From Eledone cirrhosa (taxonomy: Eukaryota), in assembly GCA_964016885.1 (NCBI GenBank), contig OZ024753.1, positions 35,030,001 to 35,094,000 of the forward strand: a DNA stretch of 64,000 nucleotides. Direction: 5' to 3'. The notes under the pieces were generated by a model. That model was given only the letters and a program-made list of their open reading frames with translations, was not told the DNA's origin and did not search any database. Below are positions 25,478 to 39,227 of this stretch, one piece after another; position 1 is the first letter of the stretch, and each line of letters starts with the position of its first letter. Position numbers and translations under genes: made by a program.

Positions 25478-25790
25478 GATAATAATAATAATGAAATTAT
25501 TGTGTACAGTGCTCAGGTGCACTACAACTCATCAAAGGTGCATGTATAGTACATAGAATAATGTACAATTGTCAGGAAAAGGAACAGTGTATGAGACATG
25601 TGTGCGTGTGTATGGAGGGGGGATATCAGGTGTAATGTTGGGGAATTTCAGGAAGCATGGAGGTTTTATAGGATGCAGTGTCTCGGCAGCTAACAACTGA
25701 TGTAGGTAGTTAATTCCATGCTCCAGCAACTCTGAGAGTGAAAAAATGTTTCCGAAAGTCATGGGAGCTGTGCTGTTTTCTGACTTTATC
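25478..25790 (-). mobile_element. CR1/L2-group LINE 3' end
   Basis: RC encodes HSSHDFRKHFFTLRVA.AWN.LP; (TTA)n tail; same family as 32458-32945. Confidence 0.85.
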
Positions 25791-25929
25791 ATTTTTTTTT
25801 TTTTTGCAAAGTAAATTTTTATTATACAAAGCATATAAATAAATTTACAGTAGAATAACATAACAAATATGTTTTAAATATATACATAAATAACTGGTAA
25901 GGACATGTTATTTCCGGTGGCTGTACACT

Positions 25930-26440
25930 TAGATAACATTATAAATTGCTCGCGATTCTTTCAGAAAGATATATTCTTTTAATGTTGCAATATTAAAGAA
26001 AATGTAAAGGAAGGGGTGAACAACTGAGCCAACACCAGAGCAAAAGACAGCAGCGTCGCGAGGAGTACCAGCCAACCTCTCTAATGATTTTTGAGGCAAG
26101 CCAGCACACTCGCAGCGTTGCCTCGGGCGCTGGAACAACCAAGCGCCCTCGCGAGCCGCCAGTGAAGAGAGGAACCTCGCAGTCAGCGGCCCGACTCCCC
26201 AAGTTTTAACTTGGAATGTAAAGAGCCAGAACAAATAATGCAAAGTATTTATTTCCTCGACGCTATAACGACTCAGCCAATTCATCTTCTTCTTGGTGAT
26301 GTCGAGGCTGATGCGCTGGAACAGCCAAACGCCCCCACGCGCATCACCAGTTACCTCGATTAAGCGAGCCGCCAGTGAAAATAAGAATCTTGCAGTTAGC
26401 GGCCTGATTCCCCCAAACGTCTCGAATGCCACAACCTGGA
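25930..26440 (-). mobile_element. CRE-like (RLE-encoding) non-LTR 3' fragment, partly duplicated
   Basis: AFETFGGI.PL..RFL.SLAARL.EVTGDAR...WLFQRISL, the C-terminal restriction-like endonuclease motif. Confidence 0.75.
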
Positions 26441-27719
26441 ATATGTAATTAATTGTATTTATTATTTGTGCTTATGTTTTCATTCTGTAAGAATTATAAA
26501 TAATTTGTAATATTATTTATACAATTGTGAATAAATTTATTTCGTTATGATACTGTTTCCTGAAGGAGTGGGGGGTCCGAAATTCCCCAGCCAGGGGACT
26601 CGTTTGCCTTAAAAATGAGAGGGGGACAAACCAACATTTGTTGATTCATAAAGGAGATAAATTGCTTATGGTGCCTTTCCCAGACCCTATCACATAAGTA
26701 AAATGTTACTCTAATTAAATTTTATATATTCAAATGCAGTTCAGATATAAAAACATAAGCTTAAAAAGCATTTATTATATCAAATAAACAAAAAATAAAA
26801 TATAGACGTTTGAAAAAGTGTGTGTGGGTGGAGGGCTGGCTTGTCCCATGGTACCCCCCGAAACAAAGCCCTTGCCCCCAGCACACACCAAGATATGTCA
26901 CTGCATGTGATTGTTATGGTGATCTAATCGGACTAGTTTTTCCTATCATGTTTTTCCTATCATTGAAACAACGAACCATCAAATAATAAAACAATAATAT
27001 TAATTAAGATCAACCACAACTAATATGACGGAACTTCTAAGAGAATAAGGAAATTGGGTCAATTTGGCAGACTCGTTAAAATGCAGGATATTTCTACTGG
27101 CTCTCGACGCTCTGAGTTCAAATCTTGCCCACGTTCATATTGCCTTTCATTTTTTTTTTTTTTTTCCAGTTCGATGAAGAAAGTAACAGTCCAATGGAGG
27201 TGCAGCTCTCTCTCCTATCAGCTGTCAAATCCAAGGTGTTTCACTAGGTCGAATAGAAGTGGGGGCGAAGAGAGGCTATCTGAGACTGCTCACGACCTCA
27301 TTGTCAGCTAAAACCGTGGTACATTCTATCATGTAATACTTGATTGCGTGTGACGGTCGCGGTCGTTAAAAGGAACAGAGGTTTTCGTTCTAGAAATTTT
27401 GAAAAAATTACATCACACAAAAACCAAACGAAACCCCCCAAAAATGGGTGGGGTGGGGTGGGGGGATTTTTTTAATGTTAACCCTTTAATGTTCAAACTG
27501 ACCAGAATTCTCTACTCCTTTCTGTTGAAACTGGCCACTCAAACTGATGTTAAGGTATTGTTCTCAAAATAAATACTTTCAAAATCTCATAGATTCGATA
27601 TTATGTGAGATGATTATGCGAGGTAAAGCCTTTAGCATGAAAATATAATAGTATATATAGAGTAATGTGAATGCTAAAGGGCTAAAGAGCGAGAGAAAGA
27701 GAGACATTCACAAACACAC

Positions 27720-27937
27720 AAAATCGATTGCACCCGGTTTGACACCCAGACACGGAGCGGAAGTGTCCACTGCTATAGCCTCGTTTTGAATGACATTGCT
27801 GGAACAGGTGTCGTCTGCCCAGCCAGTCACACGTAGACAGACAGTTTCTGGAATAATATATTTTTTTGAGTTTGCCAATGATTAAAATCACCTGACCTCC
27901 AATGTTCATCTCTGGCCTTTTATTACAACGATAGATC

Positions 27938-28005
<68 letters not shown>

Positions 28006-28026
28006 ATGTGTGTTTTCTAGGTGAGT
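27720..28026 (+). promoter_or_regulatory. Putative promoter and non-coding first exon of a plus-strand gene
   Basis: Unique, relatively CpG-rich stretch with ETS-like GCGGAAGTG at ~27757; strong donor TAG|GTGAGT at 28020/28021 followed by T-rich intron-like sequence. No coding exon found downstream. Confidence 0.35.
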
Positions 28027-28714
28027 TACTCTTCCTCTTTGAATTATGTCCGTGTTTTGTTTTTGTTGTTATTCTTCTTTTTAAACTTTATTGACAAATA
28101 CTATATGACTTATAACTTAACATTGATTTCAAACGTTATGTAAAATAAAATGTCTAAGGTTTTGTAAAGCAAAGCGAGTTGGAGAAACGAGATTCTGTGA
28201 CATTCATATTAGTCCACATGTTATTAAAAACACATAAGTGCAACGGAAGGGGATTATGCAACTCAACCTAAATCCGTGATTGCGAGCTCACCTCTAACTC
28301 AACAGCGCTCTCTTACATAGTTTAAAGAAATCTATCTATTTTCAGTAAATATGAGATCATTTCTGGAATAGAAAACGGGAGTTTGTGGTGTTTATGCACT
28401 TCCAGAGAGTAATGGCAGCATTCCTGGGGCGATATTGAAATCAATAAGGAATGGAAACCGACTCAGAGAATCTGCTCCTTGAAAGCTTTCCTCTAGCTTA
28501 GAAAATCGGGTAAAATACCCCGATACGGAGGATAAAGTGACCAGCAGAATCGAACTTCGTATATATACACGGGTGAGACGAGTATAATGGGGTTACCGGG
28601 TGGGCGACCCACAAAAAACGAGTTATTTACGACGTCTTTGAAGGCCTCAATGAAAATACATTTTAACCTCGAAAAATTCTAACCAAGATTGCTGGCCTTG
28701 AGCCCATAGTAGAA

Positions 28715-28748
<34 letters not shown>

Positions 28749-28975
28749 GGGCGATGGATTTGGCAGAATCGGTAGAGCGTCGGACAACATGCTTAGCGGC
28801 ATAGAGTTATGGCCCTTTACGTTCTGAGTTGAAATCCCGCCGAGGTTAACTTTACCTTTCATCGTTATGGGGTCGATAAAAATAAAGTACCAGTAAACGT
28901 ACTGGGGATCGATTTAATCGACTTTTCTCCCCCACCCCCCAGATTGCTGACCTTGTGCCTATACTAGAAATTATC
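28749..28975 (+). mobile_element. S1 SINE, full length
   Basis: GGGCGATGGATTTGGCAGAATCGGTAGAGCG...GAGTTGAAATCCC...GGGGTCGATAAAAATAAAGTACC, (TTA)-type tail. Confidence 0.85.
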
Positions 28976-30497
28976 ATTGTTATTATTATACGTTGGACGG
29001 ACGGACATGTCAAGTTGCTGAGGTTTTGTTCAGAGCTTCAGGTAGATTACCTTTAAAATTAAAAATTTCTTACATCCAAGACGGGTATGAGGAAAAAAAT
29101 TACCAAATTATTCTACTACATAACATATTACTGGTACTTATGTTTATTTATTCGGGAGGCAGTGAAAGACGATATTGATAAATAGAAGAGTTTCAAAACT
29201 ATTCATCTGTAGTTTAGCCCTAGGCCAAGCCTAGTTGAGTAGACCTATGATCAAAAGCATTATAATCTATGACAATTTATATCAAACTGTATTATGCAAC
29301 TTGTCTGTCTTTTATTTGTTTTGTGTTATTTTTATATATTTAGCTGGATATGATTGGGGTGGTGAATGTGTGTGACATAGCTGCTATTTCTAGTAGGTAA
29401 AGCAACCACGCAGAGACTCCCGCGATCCATCTGTTGTTGATTTCGTCACCGTTGTAGAATCTCACCTGTATTACTCACCCTTATTAAATATGAATTTGTG
29501 ATATAATATCTATTTACATACGAAGCCCCAGGTTTATACTAAGAAACACATGGCCTCCGAGAGTTCGTGGCATTCATGCATTGTTTTATGGTGTAAATGA
29601 AGCGATTCTTGCTGAGAATCGAAACATGATTTAATTTCGGTAAATTCTTTTAATTAACCCGTCTCCCAGATCGGTGTAATAATATATATATTTTTTAAAT
29701 TTAATTTTAAGAGAAGTAAGTTGATAGAATTTTAAAGGTAACTTTTTTTTTCCTGTGATTTTTGATGTTTTGAACGAATATGGCCTTCAATCGTCGAAAA
29801 TTATTCGTTTTCTGTGGTTACTCCACCCGAGAACTCCATTACAACCGTCCCGAAGACGGGTGTAATAATACAAATTTAACTTTTTTTTTTATTTTAGTGG
29901 TTTCTAATATTAAACTTCGGCCATGCTGGGGTGTCACTTTGGTTTAGTCATATCTACCCCAGTTTTTTTTCAAGTCTGGTACTTATTTTATCGATCTCAT
30001 TGTTATCGAATGGCTAAGTTACGGACGACAAACATACATACAAACGTAAACATAGACACACACACACACACACATTATATCATCATCATCATCGTCCAAC
30101 GTCCGTTTTCCTTGATATATATATATACACACACACACAGTGAAATTACTTTATTACGGGGTATAAAAAAAAATTCATTTATATACACACACACACGACG
30201 ACGTACTTCTGCAGATTTTGTCTGCCAAATTCTACTCACAAAGCATTGGTCAACACGAGGCTATTATATAATAATGTCACACACACACACATATATATAC
30301 ATACACACACGTTTGTGTGTGATTATATATATATGTATATATATATACATATATATATATATAAGCAGAAGAGATATTTAATTTGTTGTAAATTCACAAA
30401 TACAAATTTTTATAACTGATTCAGAGCACTCGACAGTTTCTGGAGTAAATATTCAATGATATTAAATAAATGAAAACTATATTTATAAAACCATATT

Positions 30498-30559
30498 TAT
30501 TCTATTATATATATTTCAAGGGTACCAAAAACTTTGGTACGCTTTCATCAGATGAAATA
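30498..30559 (-). ncRNA. Type-I hammerhead ribozyme (family A, left arm)
   Basis: RC: TATTTCAT-CTGATGA-AAG.C.GTACCAAA..TTTGGTAC.C.CTT-GAAA-TATATA-TA-ATAGAATA. Confidence 0.8.
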
Positions 30560-30694
30560 CAAAGTGTGTTTTATAAATTTTGACATAGCCAAGGAACATA
30601 CCTTATCAGTTGAATTTTCCTTGGATAGTCAAAGGAAAATTCAACTGATAAGGTATGTTCCTTGGCTATGTCAAAATTTATAAAACACACTTTA

Positions 30695-30756
30695 TATTTT
30701 ATCTGATGAAAGCGTACCAAAGTTTTTGGTACCCTTGAAATATATATAATAGAATA
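30695..30756 (+). ncRNA. Type-I hammerhead ribozyme (family A, right arm)
   Basis: TATTTTAT-CTGATGA-AAG.C.GTACCAAA..TTTGGTAC.C.CTT-GAAA-TATATA-TA-ATAGAATA; predicted cleavage after 30748. Confidence 0.88.
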
Positions 30757-30849
30757 AATATGGTTTTATAAATATAGTTTCCATTTATTTAATATCATTG
30801 TGTATATATATATTCACACACGTGTGATTATATATAATATAAAATAATT

Positions 30850-31160
30850 TTTGAGTTGGACCTCCGTCGATAGTGACGACACGTGTTTGTGAACGAACTA
30901 GTTGTGAAATGAATGTGCAATTGGTTGAACATTCCATAGACACGTTTACCTTTAACGTAGTACTCAGGGAGATTCAACGTGACACAGTGTGACATGGCTG
31001 GCCCTTCGAATTACAGGTAGAACTCATTCTTGCCAGCTGAGTGAACTGGAGCAATGTGAAATAAAGTGTCTTGCTCAAGGACAGAACGCGCATCTCGGAA
31101 TCAAACTTACGACTTTACGATCTTGAACCGAACACCCTAACCACTAAGTTACGCACCTTC
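30850..31160 (-). mobile_element. tRNA-derived SINE, family S2
   Basis: RC head GAAGGTGCGTAACTTAGTGGTTAGGGTG.., core GTCCTTGAGCAAGACACTTTATTTCACATTGCTCCAG. Confidence 0.75.
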
Positions 31161-31549
31161 ACTATAAAATAATTGTTTCTGCTTTTCACACAAGGCCAGC
31201 AATTACCCCAGTGCATTACTGATGCTTTATTTTATCGACCCCCGTATAAAATAATTGTTTCTACTTTAGGCACAAGGCCAGCAATTATTCCAGTGTATTA
31301 CTGGTACTTTATTTTATCGACCCCATAAGGATGAAAGGCAAAGTTAACCTCGGCGGGATTTGAACTCAGACCATAAAGGGCCGTAACTCTATGCTGAAAA
31401 GCATGGCGTCCGTATAAAATAATGTAACTCACACAGGGTAACTAAACAGTTAATTTCTTTTGTAAATTACATATTTTGCATATTGTTAATTGTTTGTATT
31501 TGTAATTGCAATATCATCCTTAATAAATTGAAATAACATATTTATGTGT

Positions 31550-31760
31550 AAAGCATTCACAAACAGTGACATTCGAAACATTTGGTGGAGTTGGGCCGCT
31601 GTCAGCGAAGTTCTTGTCATCACTGGCGGCTTACCTTACTGAGGTGTCAGGTGATGCCCGTGAGGGTTCCTGGTTATTTCAGCGCCTTAGCCGCGCCATC
31701 ACTCGTGGTAATGCTGCGAGTGTGTTGGCTTGCCTCAAAGTGTGTAGTTAACCCCTAAGA
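31550..31760 (+). mobile_element. CRE-like RLE non-LTR 3' fragment
   Basis: TFETFGGVGPLSAKFLSSLAAYLTEVSGDAREGSWLFQRLSRAITRGNAASV. Confidence 0.8.
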
Positions 31761-32384
31761 TGTGAGGTGCAGCCAATTGTCGCACTTGGTGGTGAATTCC
31801 CCCCCCCCTCTTTCTTTTTTCTTTCTTTTATCATTAATGTTCAATGAATTATATTATAATATTTTTTTTTTATACACTTCGATAAAATAAGATGCATATT
31901 ATACACAAAAACAAGCTTTTAAGACCAGCATCCCTGTTAAAGTAGGGTTAGCATTGCAGGTTCTATGACAAGGCTTCTCTATTTTGCCATATCCTCTACA
32001 TCACCTCATCTCACTCTACTGGCTTTCATTTCCTCTTTTATCATCTTTAACCATGTCTTTCTTCATCTTCATCTACAAATACACATAACAGAATAACATA
32101 TTTTTTATAATATCATCATCTGGTTACCATACCTACAACAACAATGACAGTTGCATAATTTACTGAGGGTTTCTGGTTGCAGGCCTGTGTGACTAGGATT
32201 TTTTCATTTAGATTCATTTGGTGGTGGTAACAGTAACTATGTATTTTATCTTCATAATATCTGCATGTTTGTATGTGTCTTATATATGTTAAGTATTTCC
32301 GAAGAAAAAGCAAAGGAAAAAAGAGTGCTCTATGTATAGAACAGAGCTATTTAATTAGAAAGTGAACAGCACAATAGATAACTA

Positions 32385-32452
32385 CTCCATTACCAAAGGT
32401 TTCAGGACCCTAGACAATATTAACATATGTCTAGTTCGCTCATCAGAAGGAA
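32385..32452 (-). ncRNA. Hammerhead-like motif next to a CR1 3' tail
   Basis: RC: TTCCTT-CTGATGA-GCGAA-CTAGACA(loop)TGTCTAG-GGTCCT-GAAA-CC(TTT)GG-TA-ATGGAG; intact core, imperfect stem bases. Confidence 0.55.
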
Positions 32453-32457
32453 GGTTA

Positions 32458-32945
32458 TAATAATAATGAAAATATTGTGTACAGTGCTCAGGTGCACTAC
32501 AACTCATCAAAAAGTGTATGTATAGTACATAGGGTAATGTACAAACGTCAGGAAAATGAACAGTGCATGAGTCATGATATACACATGTGTGCATGTGTAT
32601 GGAAGGGGGACATCAGGTGTAGTTTTGGCGAATTTCGGGAAGCATGAGGATTTTAAAGGATGCAGTGTCTCGGCAGCTAACAACTGATGCAGGCAGTTTG
32701 TTCCATGCTTCAGCAACTCTGAGCGTGAAAAAATGTTTCCGAAAGTCATGGGAACTGTGCTGTTTTCTGATTTTGTAGGCATGTCCACGTGTGTTAGACA
32801 CATGGAGATCAAAAAGGTGTTCAGGGTTGTTGTTGGCGAGATGGTTAATAACTTTGTGGGTGTTTACCAAGTCCATTGCCAGACGTCGGAGCTTCAATGA
32901 ATCCATGCCCAGGGAAGCAAGGCGTTCAGAGTATGGTTGCACGTC
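32458..32945 (-). mobile_element. CR1-group LINE 3' fragment
   Basis: PYSERLASLGMDSLKLRRL..DL..HKVI..TRGHAYKI..RKHFFTLRVAEAWNKLP plus 3' UTR and (TTA)n tail. Confidence 0.9.
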
Positions 32946-35900
32946 TCTGAACAGTTTCCAGGAGGTCAATGTTCTGAGCAAGATAGGGGTTCCAGACTGA
33001 TGATGCGAATTCCAAGGCAGTAAATTGGCAGAATCATTAAAATATTAGATAGAATGCTTTGTGATATTTGTTCTCACTCTCTATATACTGAATTAAAAAA
33101 ATCTGTCGGGGTGAACTTTGCCTTTCATCCTTTTGAGATTGATAAAAAGTACTAGTCTAGTATTGGGGGTCAGTTCCTCTTCTACATCTCTTTCTTGCTT
33201 CCTTTCTATCACTCTCTCTCCTTCTCTGGAAGAAATCATCTGTGTTCTGAACTGAAGAGATGTACTCCACCAGGTTTAAAATACACAAGACATGCTGTAT
33301 GTTTCTGATGTAACACCATGACTCTGTCATAGTGCTACATTAGAAAATATTGTTTTTAACCTCGGTTGAAATGACAATGACAGTTGCATAATTTTTCACA
33401 GGTGGCTTCTGGTCACAGGCTTGTCATACCAGGTTTTCTTTGTTTGGTTTTATTTAGTGGTGGTCATGGTGATTATGTATTATATCTTTTGTGTATTTTT
33501 CCTTTGAGGTTGAATCTTTGTACTCTGTAGTTCTATCCTTGGTCCAATCTTTTTTTTTTAAACTCCGTCACTCACTTCCTTATTTTGAGTTTACTACATT
33601 CTCCTGGGAGATGTTCTAATGATTTACCATTCTTTCACAAAATGAGTGCTTCCCATGTTTAGTTGCATTCAGGGCCTGTTGAAGGTACTGACAACTCAGA
33701 GTATTGCCTGGTGGCAGTGGGTGGTCGAGTGTAAACCAGTGGTCCCGAGTTTGATCCTACTGTGTGACATCTTGAAAAAAGGTCTTTACTTCAGGTCAAC
33801 CAAAGTCTTGTCAGTGAAACTGTGTAGATGGAAACTGTGTGGAAGCCTGTCAACTGGATTGTGTCTGAGAGTCAAAGGGTTCAGCCATGTCATATATTTT
33901 ATCACGCTTATTCGATTTGGGAATTACATTAAGGGTACACATGCCTGTAGAATACTCAATGGCTCTTTATATTCTAAGTTCAAATCCCATTGAGATTAAT
34001 TTTAATGTTCATCCTTCTGGGGTTGATCAAGTAGAGGGGAAACTCTAGCGTTCCTTATCTTCTCCCACGTTTTCTTTAAAATAATTTTTTTTAATACTTA
34101 CAAACGTTTAAAAATATTTGATATGTGAGGAACATAATAACTGCTATTAGTGAATCTGCTAGCTTTACAAAGTAAAGAAGGCAGAAATATACACTAGCAG
34201 AAAATGTGTTCCGTTTCAGATGTGAGTCGGCTTGCAGAAGTGAACACCCCTTCTGCTTATGTACCTATTATGTACTTACGTATACACGAAGACGGAGAGC
34301 AGATAAGATTCACAGAAACTCAAAGCAAACAGTAGTCAGTAGCTAGTCTTGTAGTTCGTAGAGTGACCGACTCTTATCAGGTTAAAAATTATATAAATAG
34401 CTAATTAACGAAATAGTAAAAAAAACAACAACAAAATAAACGTTTAGCTTAGACAATTCCCCTTTAGAGTCACATATTCAAAATAAAAGCTAGTTTGTAC
34501 ACACATCGTAAATTATTTTACTTTAACAGATACACAACCCAAAACTAATACGACTATATCAAGTAAATATATTCGTTCCATTAGGTATTTTACACGTATA
34601 CGACACAGTTATTTAAGGGTGTGAATTTAAAAGCTGTGGATTTATTTTCTTTCAGTAGAATGTTTACATAAGACATACATACACAACCTTTAGTTAGTCG
34701 TTTGAAAAAATAGATTTAATAATTTTAGGTCAACAAAATACCTGTAGCATGAAATAGCTAAAATCAATCAGGTGACTTAGTTAAACGTAATGATATATAT
34801 GTATGAATGTACAGTGGTATACAGGTTAATTGGTAGAAAACCTTCTTCTTCTTTGCCTTCTTTGCCTTCTTCTTCTTCTTTGCCTTCTTTGCCTTCTTCT
34901 TCTTCTTTGCCTTCTTTGCCTTCTTTGCCTTCTTTGCCTTCTTGTATTTTTGTGGTAAAGTCTTTACCTCACATAATATCGAATCTGTGAGATTTTCACA
35001 TTATTTATTTTGAGAACAATACTTTAACATCAGTATGAGCAGCCAGTTATGGCCAGTTTGAACAGAAAGTGAGAGAATTCTGGCCAGATACGACCTGTTT
35101 AAATGCTAAAGGGTTAATGCAGAGTACTCGCACTTGACAGAAATTACGGACCCATCCAACCGACTGGAAACTCATTAGTAGACCATGAGTTGGATAGCAG
35201 CCATGAGCGCGGTCGGCCTCATTTGTAGATCCAGCAGAATCATTTGGAGACAGTTGCTTCTCATATTAAAATTATCAACTAAATGAATTAGAACCGACTT
35301 TTTAACAACATAAATTACATAATACAAAACACATTTTAAGCAATTCCAATAATGTTAATTACAAAATAGACATTCTTGCTTTTAGTCGCCAACTCACTTT
35401 CATTTTTGACTTACCGATAACGAAATATTACCAAGTGCTTCTTGTAACATCAGCTTTGCTTGGATAAACACTTAACTGTGGGACAACATTGTCAGGCTTG
35501 AATAAACTCATTATTGAACTTATAATGACAAGGTAATTTTAATGGAGTTTAGATCACATCAAATATTCGTATCATTTATCCATCCATCCATGCATGTATT
35601 TGTATGGAGGTTGTATCGGTTGCTTCAAAAGCAATATTTGTGAAGCTATCACACATGTTTGCCTTGTTAAATTGATTTTCCAAGACTTGTCTTAGTTGAG
35701 CACGTCGAGACTATGTTTAATTGTTATGGCGCCAAATGTGATTCTCGATTGGAATTTTAAAATGCAACTATTTATTTCTTATATATGTTTATCTTATAAC
35801 CTCTACCCATGGCCTCCAAGAGAAATTTTACAAGCTGGTTCATGACCCTTTTGGGGTCAGAAGCAGGCAAAGATTTTTCTCAAAATGGATGTTGCATGGT

Positions 35901-36664
35901 TGCTGTGGGGCCTTCTTAGCTCTTGGGTCTCAGAACAAAGTACCAGATGGACCCCCACCCCTCTCATAGGCCCTGCACCTACCCACATCTTTTTCAACTT
36001 CAACTTAGAGTAAACTTAGTTTACTTTAAGTTTCCTAAAACCCATTTCCATCACAGATTGCAAGTGATTAATATTATAGCAGTGTTTAATGCTAAGATGA
36101 GATGATGAGGAGTTGTGGTGTTGATTATGTATCAGGTATGATGTGTGTGCGTGTTTGCTTGCAAAGGTATTATTAAAAATGGCATTTACTAAACTTCTGT
36201 TGATAGGATGAATTTCACTGGCCTGGCTGAGAGAGAGAGAGACCAAAAGGGGTTGTGGATAAGACAGTTGACCACTACATCTTGGCTAATTGGTATGAAC
36301 TCTGCAGCTGCTAGGATATATATTAGAATGTTGGCGAGAATGCTTTGTGGTATTCACTCTAGCTCTTTGCTCTCTAAGTTCAAATCCTGCTGAAGTCAAA
36401 GTCAACTTTTCCTTTCATCCATTCAGGGTCGATATAAAAAGTAGCAGTCAAGTACTGGGGTCGATTCTTCCTCTATATCTCCTCATTTTCATTCTCTTAC
36501 TTTTTATCCTTCTCTGGAAGAAATCTGCTGTAGATGGGCTCCGACAGGCTTTTAAAAAGTGCACTAGTAATGCCATATGTCAATATGGTGCACCTAGAAC
36601 TCCCCAAGGAGTTACGGGACCATGCATTCATATATATATATACACACACACACATATATATATA

Positions 36665-36790
<126 letters not shown>

Positions 36791-39168
36791 TATATACATA
36801 TATATATATACACACACACATACATACATATATATATATGTGTGTATATATATATATATGTACATATATACATATATATACACACATACATATATATATA
36901 TATATATGTGTGTGTATGCGCAAACGCATGTACACATGTGCTATCTAATCTGTATAAACATTGCCATTGTAGACTGTGATTGAGAAACAACAGATGGCAG
37001 ATAGTTTACACATTGTCCTGTATTTTTTTTGCTGTTGACTTAACTTCAACCTTTTCTTCCCTCTGATTCATGCATTTGTATTGCCCTCCACTCACCTAAA
37101 CTTTTGAATATTTCACCTCCACTCATTTCTTTTTTTCTTTCTAAAGTTTGTAGCATGACCGAGGTTAACTTTGCCTTTCATCCTTTCGAGGTCAATAAAA
37201 AAGTCCAGTACTGGGGTCAATTCTTCCTCTCTCTGGAAGAAACCTACTGTACTCAGGCCTGGAGAGGGATGGGCTCCGCCAGGTTTAAAATGCCCAAGAA
37301 ACACTGTATGTCAATACGGTGCCCTTACAACTCTATCAGGAGTTACTGGGGAACAAACATAATTTTCTAGGATATGATTACATAAATCTTCAGCATACAT
37401 AAACAAGTGATATAAAAAAAAATGAATATAACATTCAACTTGAACCCAAGTTCAACCATGTGGTTGTGAAGCCTACTTTTTAACCACATGTCTGCGCATA
37501 GAGCTAAATTATTCTTTGGAAATATTAATTAATGATGACATAATGACATTTATTTAAATTAGACCAAACAGTCCTGTTATTTTATGGCTCAATATTAAAT
37601 TTATTGTCACATTCAGTAGAAATGTTTTCTTTTTTTTCATAATAATCTGTAATGTTTCGATTTCATGACCAATCATCCATTTAAAAAAAAAATCCTGTTA
37701 CTGATTTGATTGTAAACATGCTTTCATCTTTAGTGTGTTGAAATACTTGAGCTCTGAATAACTGTAATTAGAACTCTATAATCTTTAAACTTAATCCTCA
37801 TTCATATTTTGAAATATTCCAGCTTATAAATATTCTGTGTGGGGGCTCTGTATGGCGAACTGACACAGTTGTTGTAGCATCAGATAGAATATCTTCATGG
37901 TTTTTGTTTTGTATCCATCCATACACTCTGAGTTCAAATCCCACCTTAGCTAACTTTGCTTTTTATACTTTTTGAGTCAATAAAATAAAGTCCATGTATG
38001 GTGGATTCACAGAATTTTTAGTCCATTGGATGAGAAGCCAAGATATTGTGATTGTGACTTCCCAAAAGCTTTTAATAGTGCCTTTTTAAGGGTTTCATAT
38101 TTATCAGTAGCCGGTGGATTTAGAAGGAATGCTTGTACTTTTGTTGTTTTGAGCTCTGAAGAACTTACCTTGTGGTCACACTTTTTCTGGTCAGTTGTTA
38201 TGTTATTAACCCTTTACCATTTACATTACTCTATATTTACTATTGTATTTTCATGGTAAACACTTTATCTCACATAATTATCTCACATAATATGAAATCT
38301 ATGAGATTTTGATATTATTTATTTTGAGAACAATACCTTAATATCAGTATGAGCAGCCAGTTACAGCCAATTTGAACAGAAAGATGTGAGAGAATTCTGG
38401 CTGGATACAGCCAGTTTAATGAAACTAAATGAGGTTGCTACAATATGATGGACCTGTAGCCCCTTATAGAATTATCAGGGCATTATAATGACATAAGGCA
38501 GTGTATCATGGGTATTTTAAACCTGGGGGAGCCCATCCCCTCTCCATGTTTAAACACATCCAATTTTTTCCAGTGATAGAGAGGAGAGGAAACAAGAAAG
38601 AGATATAGAGGAGAAATTGATCCCAGTACTGGATTTTTACAGTTTTATCGATCTTGGTGGGTTTTGAACTCAAAGAGGGGAGAGAGCCAGAAGAAGAATA
38701 CAGCAAACCTTTCTATCTAATCTTTTAATGACTTTGCCAATTCACTGCCTATGTAACCAAGATAGTCAGAACAAATACCAGAAGATATTCTATCTGATGC
38801 ATTAAGGATTCTGCTAATTTGCAGTCTCATTCTCTTGATAATTAACTTGGCGATGGTCATACGTTTGTAAGCTAGACAATCTCCTATTTGTTTCCTCATA
38901 AGTTAAAATTACTTCCATTTTATGTGGGAATTAGTGAAGAACATGTATGAATATCATTACATATCATTACAAAACCACTCAAAAGTAACAATTGATTTTT
39001 ATATAAGAAAGTGTCGCAAAAGAAATATTAGCTTCATTATGTCTTGTAAGTAATGAGAATGATTATTTTAAAGAAAAATGTCGATGAGAGGAATTTCTTT
39101 CGTTCTTTATCATTTCTTCAGTTTTCAAAATTCTTTTACTGGTTTCAGTCATGAGACCATAATTTATT

Positions 39169-39227
39169 ACTGTTATATACATTTCAGTGGTATCTGTTAT
39201 GTATTAGATACAACCTCATCAGACAGC
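39169..39227 (-). ncRNA. Type-I hammerhead ribozyme (family A)
   Basis: RC: GCTGT-CTGATGA-GGT.T.GTATCT(loop)AGATAC.C.ACT-GAAA-TGTATA-TA-ACAGT. Confidence 0.8.

Larger units (their letters stand above)
30454..30800. mobile_element. ~350-bp palindromic element with two divergent hammerheads
   Basis: ~170-bp arms with ~3 mismatches around a short loop at ~30623-30631. Left flank 30362-30453 is homologous to 18970-19056 and ~49066-49170. Confidence 0.9.
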
